26,586 nt of DNA from Candidatus Izemoplasma sp. (lineage in GTDB: Bacteria; Bacillota_I; Bacilli_A; Izemoplasmatales; Izemoplasmataceae), in assembly GCA_007116205.1 (NCBI GenBank), contig SKIY01000023.1, positions 1-26,586 on the forward strand. Reading direction: 5' to 3'. The notes under the pieces were generated by a model. That model was given only the letters and a program-made list of their open reading frames with translations, was not told the origin of the DNA and ran no database searches. Shown piece after piece: positions 24,655 to 26,586 of the stretch. Numbering within the stretch: the stretch's first letter is position 1; the number at the start of each line of letters is the position of its first letter. The position numbers and the translations under genes are program-made.

Positions 24655-25849
24655 CTTGCAGTTTATAATAAATACGTTCAAAGTCTTTCTGCTTCCAAAT
24701 CTTCGGCACCGGATACAACGGATTACCTTCAGACATCGCTTTTTCTACCATATTAGGAATATCTTTTGATTGAATCTTATCTATAGTTGTTGGAATATTC
24801 ATCGCTTTATTCAACTGTTGAATTGCTTCGATAAAGCGTTGTGCACAGACTTCTGAAGTCATTGACGCGTTGCATAAATCATTTTGAAGTGCTAGTTTAC
24901 TTAACGGTTTTACAACATGTTTTCCATAATGTGTTAGCACATGGGGTAGCACTACCGCATTTGCGTACCCATGAGGTACTTGGTAAAATCCTCCAAATGT
25001 ATGCGCAATCGCATGAACATATCCTACATATGCTCGCGTAAATGCAGCCCCTGCATAATACGAAGCTTTCAACATGTTTTGTCTCGCTTCTTTATCTTGT
25101 GGGTTTTGATAAGACCGCAACAAGTAAGCGAAAACCAACTTAATCGCTTCTTCACTCCAACGCAACGTTTTTTTTGTATTGCTTTTACCAATATACGCTT
25201 CTACGGCATGTGTCAAAACATCCATTCCTGTTGTTGCGGTTAAAAAAGGCGGTAAATTAAGAATGAGTTCAACATCAAGCACGGCGACATCAGGAACTAA
25301 AACATGGTCATTAATCGGAAACTTATCTTGCGTACTTGGGTTTGAAATAACCGCGGCAAGGGTTGCTTCAGAACCCGTACCAGCTGTTGTTGGTACCGCA
25401 ATAAAAAACGGTGTTTTTTTACGTATTTTCAATAACCCCCGCATCGCTTGTACTGACTTCTTAGGTCTAACAACACGTGCCCCAACAATCTTTGCACAAT
25501 CAATGGGCGAGCCCCCACCAAACGCAATAATTCCTTGACAGGTATACGCTTTATATATAGCAAGCGCAGCCTCAACATTATCAACGGTTGGATTCGCGGT
25601 TACATCCTTATATACATGCACTTTAATATTTGCCGACTCTAAAGCCTCCATGAGTGGCTGCATAAGCTTTAACTTAAACAATGCATTATCTGTGACCAAT
25701 AATACGTTGTTAATGTTTTTAGCCTTTAAAACCCCTGCTATTTCAAACACCGCATTGCTACCTTCAATAAGTTGTGGTTCTTTAATCGGCATAAGCTTTG
25801 AAACCAACTTTAAAATCTTTTGATAGCTTCGATAATATAACACGCGCAT
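24638..25849 (-). CDS. Iron-containing alcohol dehydrogenase
   Basis: FGGGSPIDCAK, VPTTAGTGSE, DVLTHAVEAY, HAIAH...VPHG.ANAV. Start probably ATG 25849 (AGGAG RBS). Confidence 0.92.
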   Translation of the reverse strand: MRVLYYRSYQKILKLVSKLMPIKEPQLIEGSNAVFEIAGVLKAKNINNVLLVTDNALFKLKLMQPLMEALESANIKVHVYKDVTANPTVDNVEAALAIYKAYTCQGIIAFGGGSPIDCAKIVGARVVRPKKSVQAMRGLLKIRKKTPFFIAVPTTAGTGSEATLAAVISNPSTQDKFPINDHVLVPDVAVLDVELILNLPPFLTATTGMDVLTHAVEAYIGKSNTKKTLRWSEEAIKLVFAYLLRSYQNPQDKEARQNMLKASYYAGAAFTRAYVGYVHAIAHTFGGFYQVPHGYANAVVLPHVLTHYGKHVVKPLSKLALQNDLCNASMTSEVCAQRFIEAIQQLNKAMNIPTTIDKIQSKDIPNMVEKAMSEGNPLYPVPKIWKQKDFERIYYKLQEKNTI

Positions 25850-25928
25850 AACAACCACTCCTACCTTCTAATATCATTATTATACAAAACCCCTTTACGT
25901 TTGCATAGTGCAATCACCATTTTGTTAT

Positions 25929-25958
25929 TTGACAAACCGTCTTTAATATTGTAATAAT
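25929..25958 (+). promoter_or_regulatory. Putative promoter for the exporter-family gene
   Basis: Consensus TTGACA with a TAATAA/AATAAT-type -10 at 17-18 nt. Confidence 0.5.
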
Positions 25959-25982
25959 GAAGTATTATAAGGATGTGATATC

Positions 25983-26586
25983 ATGAAACGATGGCAACAT
26001 ATTGCGATAAAAATGAGTCTTGCCAATCTATTAGCAATCGCTTTAGCTTACTTGTTTTCACTATCAAACCCGATAACCGCAGGAATTTTAGCGGTACTTT
26101 CTATTCAGCTCACCAAAACAGATTCCTTAAATATTGCTTTAAAACGTCTTTTAGATGCGATGATTGCTTTAGCATTAGGGACTTTTTTCTTTTATCTTTT
26201 CGGTTACACTGTAATAATTTTTATCGTCTTTACGCCTGTTTTTATCGCGTTATCTCATCTATTAAAGTTAGAAGCAGGTATTGTTCCTAGCCTTGTTTTA
26301 GCTTCACAGTTATTGTTGTTCGGTGCGTTTTCATTGGCCGTTATATTAAACGCACTTGCTTTAATTGTCATAGCAATTGTCGTTGCGTTAGGACTCCATT
26401 TGCTTTATCCACTAAACAGTACAAAAGCACTGCTTTACTATACAAAGAAGTTTGATTCATTACTGCAGTCAATGTTAAAAATCATCGTCGATAATTTACG
26501 CGATAAAACCATAAGCAAAGAAAACAAAACCACTTATGATGATGTCGTTAACGCGCTCAACGAAATGCTTAAAGAAGCTGAAACAG
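25983..26586 (+). CDS. Aromatic acid exporter family 1 (YqjA/YgaE-like, FUSC-related) membrane protein; 3' end lies outside the window
   Basis: Not in the ORF track. Manual translation gives MKRWQHIAIKMSLANLLAIALAYLFSLSNPITAGILAVLSIQLTKTDSLNIALKRLLD..., multi-TM then helical, open to the window end. AAGGATGTG RBS. Confidence 0.82.
   Translation, partial: MKRWQHIAIKMSLANLLAIALAYLFSLSNPITAGILAVLSIQLTKTDSLNIALKRLLDAMIALALGTFFFYLFGYTVIIFIVFTPVFIALSHLLKLEAGIVPSLVLASQLLLFGAFSLAVILNALALIVIAIVVALGLHLLYPLNSTKALLYYTKKFDSLLQSMLKIIVDNLRDKTISKENKTTYDDVVNALNEMLKEAET

Noticed and set aside
361-26290. Numerous short alternative-frame and antisense ORFs in the track (e.g. 361-555, 2633-2884, 7455-7694, 8639-8872, 10219-10452, 17135-17497, 18894-19079, 21098-21391, 21982-22317, 25179-25538, 25991-26290)
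   Set aside because: All lie within or antisense to well-supported genes, lack an RBS or recognisable motifs, and fit shadow ORFs. 25991-26290 is a wrong-frame shadow of the real exporter-family gene starting at 25983.
1-26586. CRISPR arrays, IS elements, prophage, tRNA/rRNA genes, long tandem repeats, frameshifted pseudogenes, TGA recoding
   Set aside because: None seen on reading both strands. All intergenic gaps are under 300 nt and are explained by promoters, terminators or T-boxes, and TGA acts as a normal stop.

Overview
This is a compact, low-GC housekeeping window from a Bacillota-derived bacterium. It uses genetic code 11 (TGA is the stop in several ATGA overlaps). A wall-less Acholeplasmatales/Izemoplasmatales-type Mollicute is the most likely source; this is an inference from gene content. 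Positions 1-19.4 kb are almost entirely on the minus strand: spx, a membrane glycerophosphodiesterase, gap, pepP, a 5'-nucleotidase lipoprotein, recD2, a T-box-controlled alaS-ruvX-DUF1292-trmR-U32-U32 block, greA, mtnN, an M48/YgjP-like protein, yqeG, yqeH and yqeK (partial). Then come pepF, a Trp T-box with trpS, a Cys-less EIIB-like membrane protein with HPr, a GNAT, ppa, an OsmC-like protein, an iron-containing ADH and a partial aromatic-acid-exporter-family gene missing from the ORF track. I see no mobile elements, CRISPR arrays, rRNA or tRNA genes, defence systems or pseudogenes, and I cannot support a claim of a wholly new system. The best leads are modest: Spx with a Cys/His-rich C-terminal extension, a catalytically dead EIIB paired with an intact HPr plus a cre-like site at an activating distance upstream of gap, clean loss of cell-wall genes from a conserved Bacillus-type operon, an Ala T-box possibly co-regulating tRNA wobble-modifying enzymes, and unusual RNA hairpins at gene junctions.
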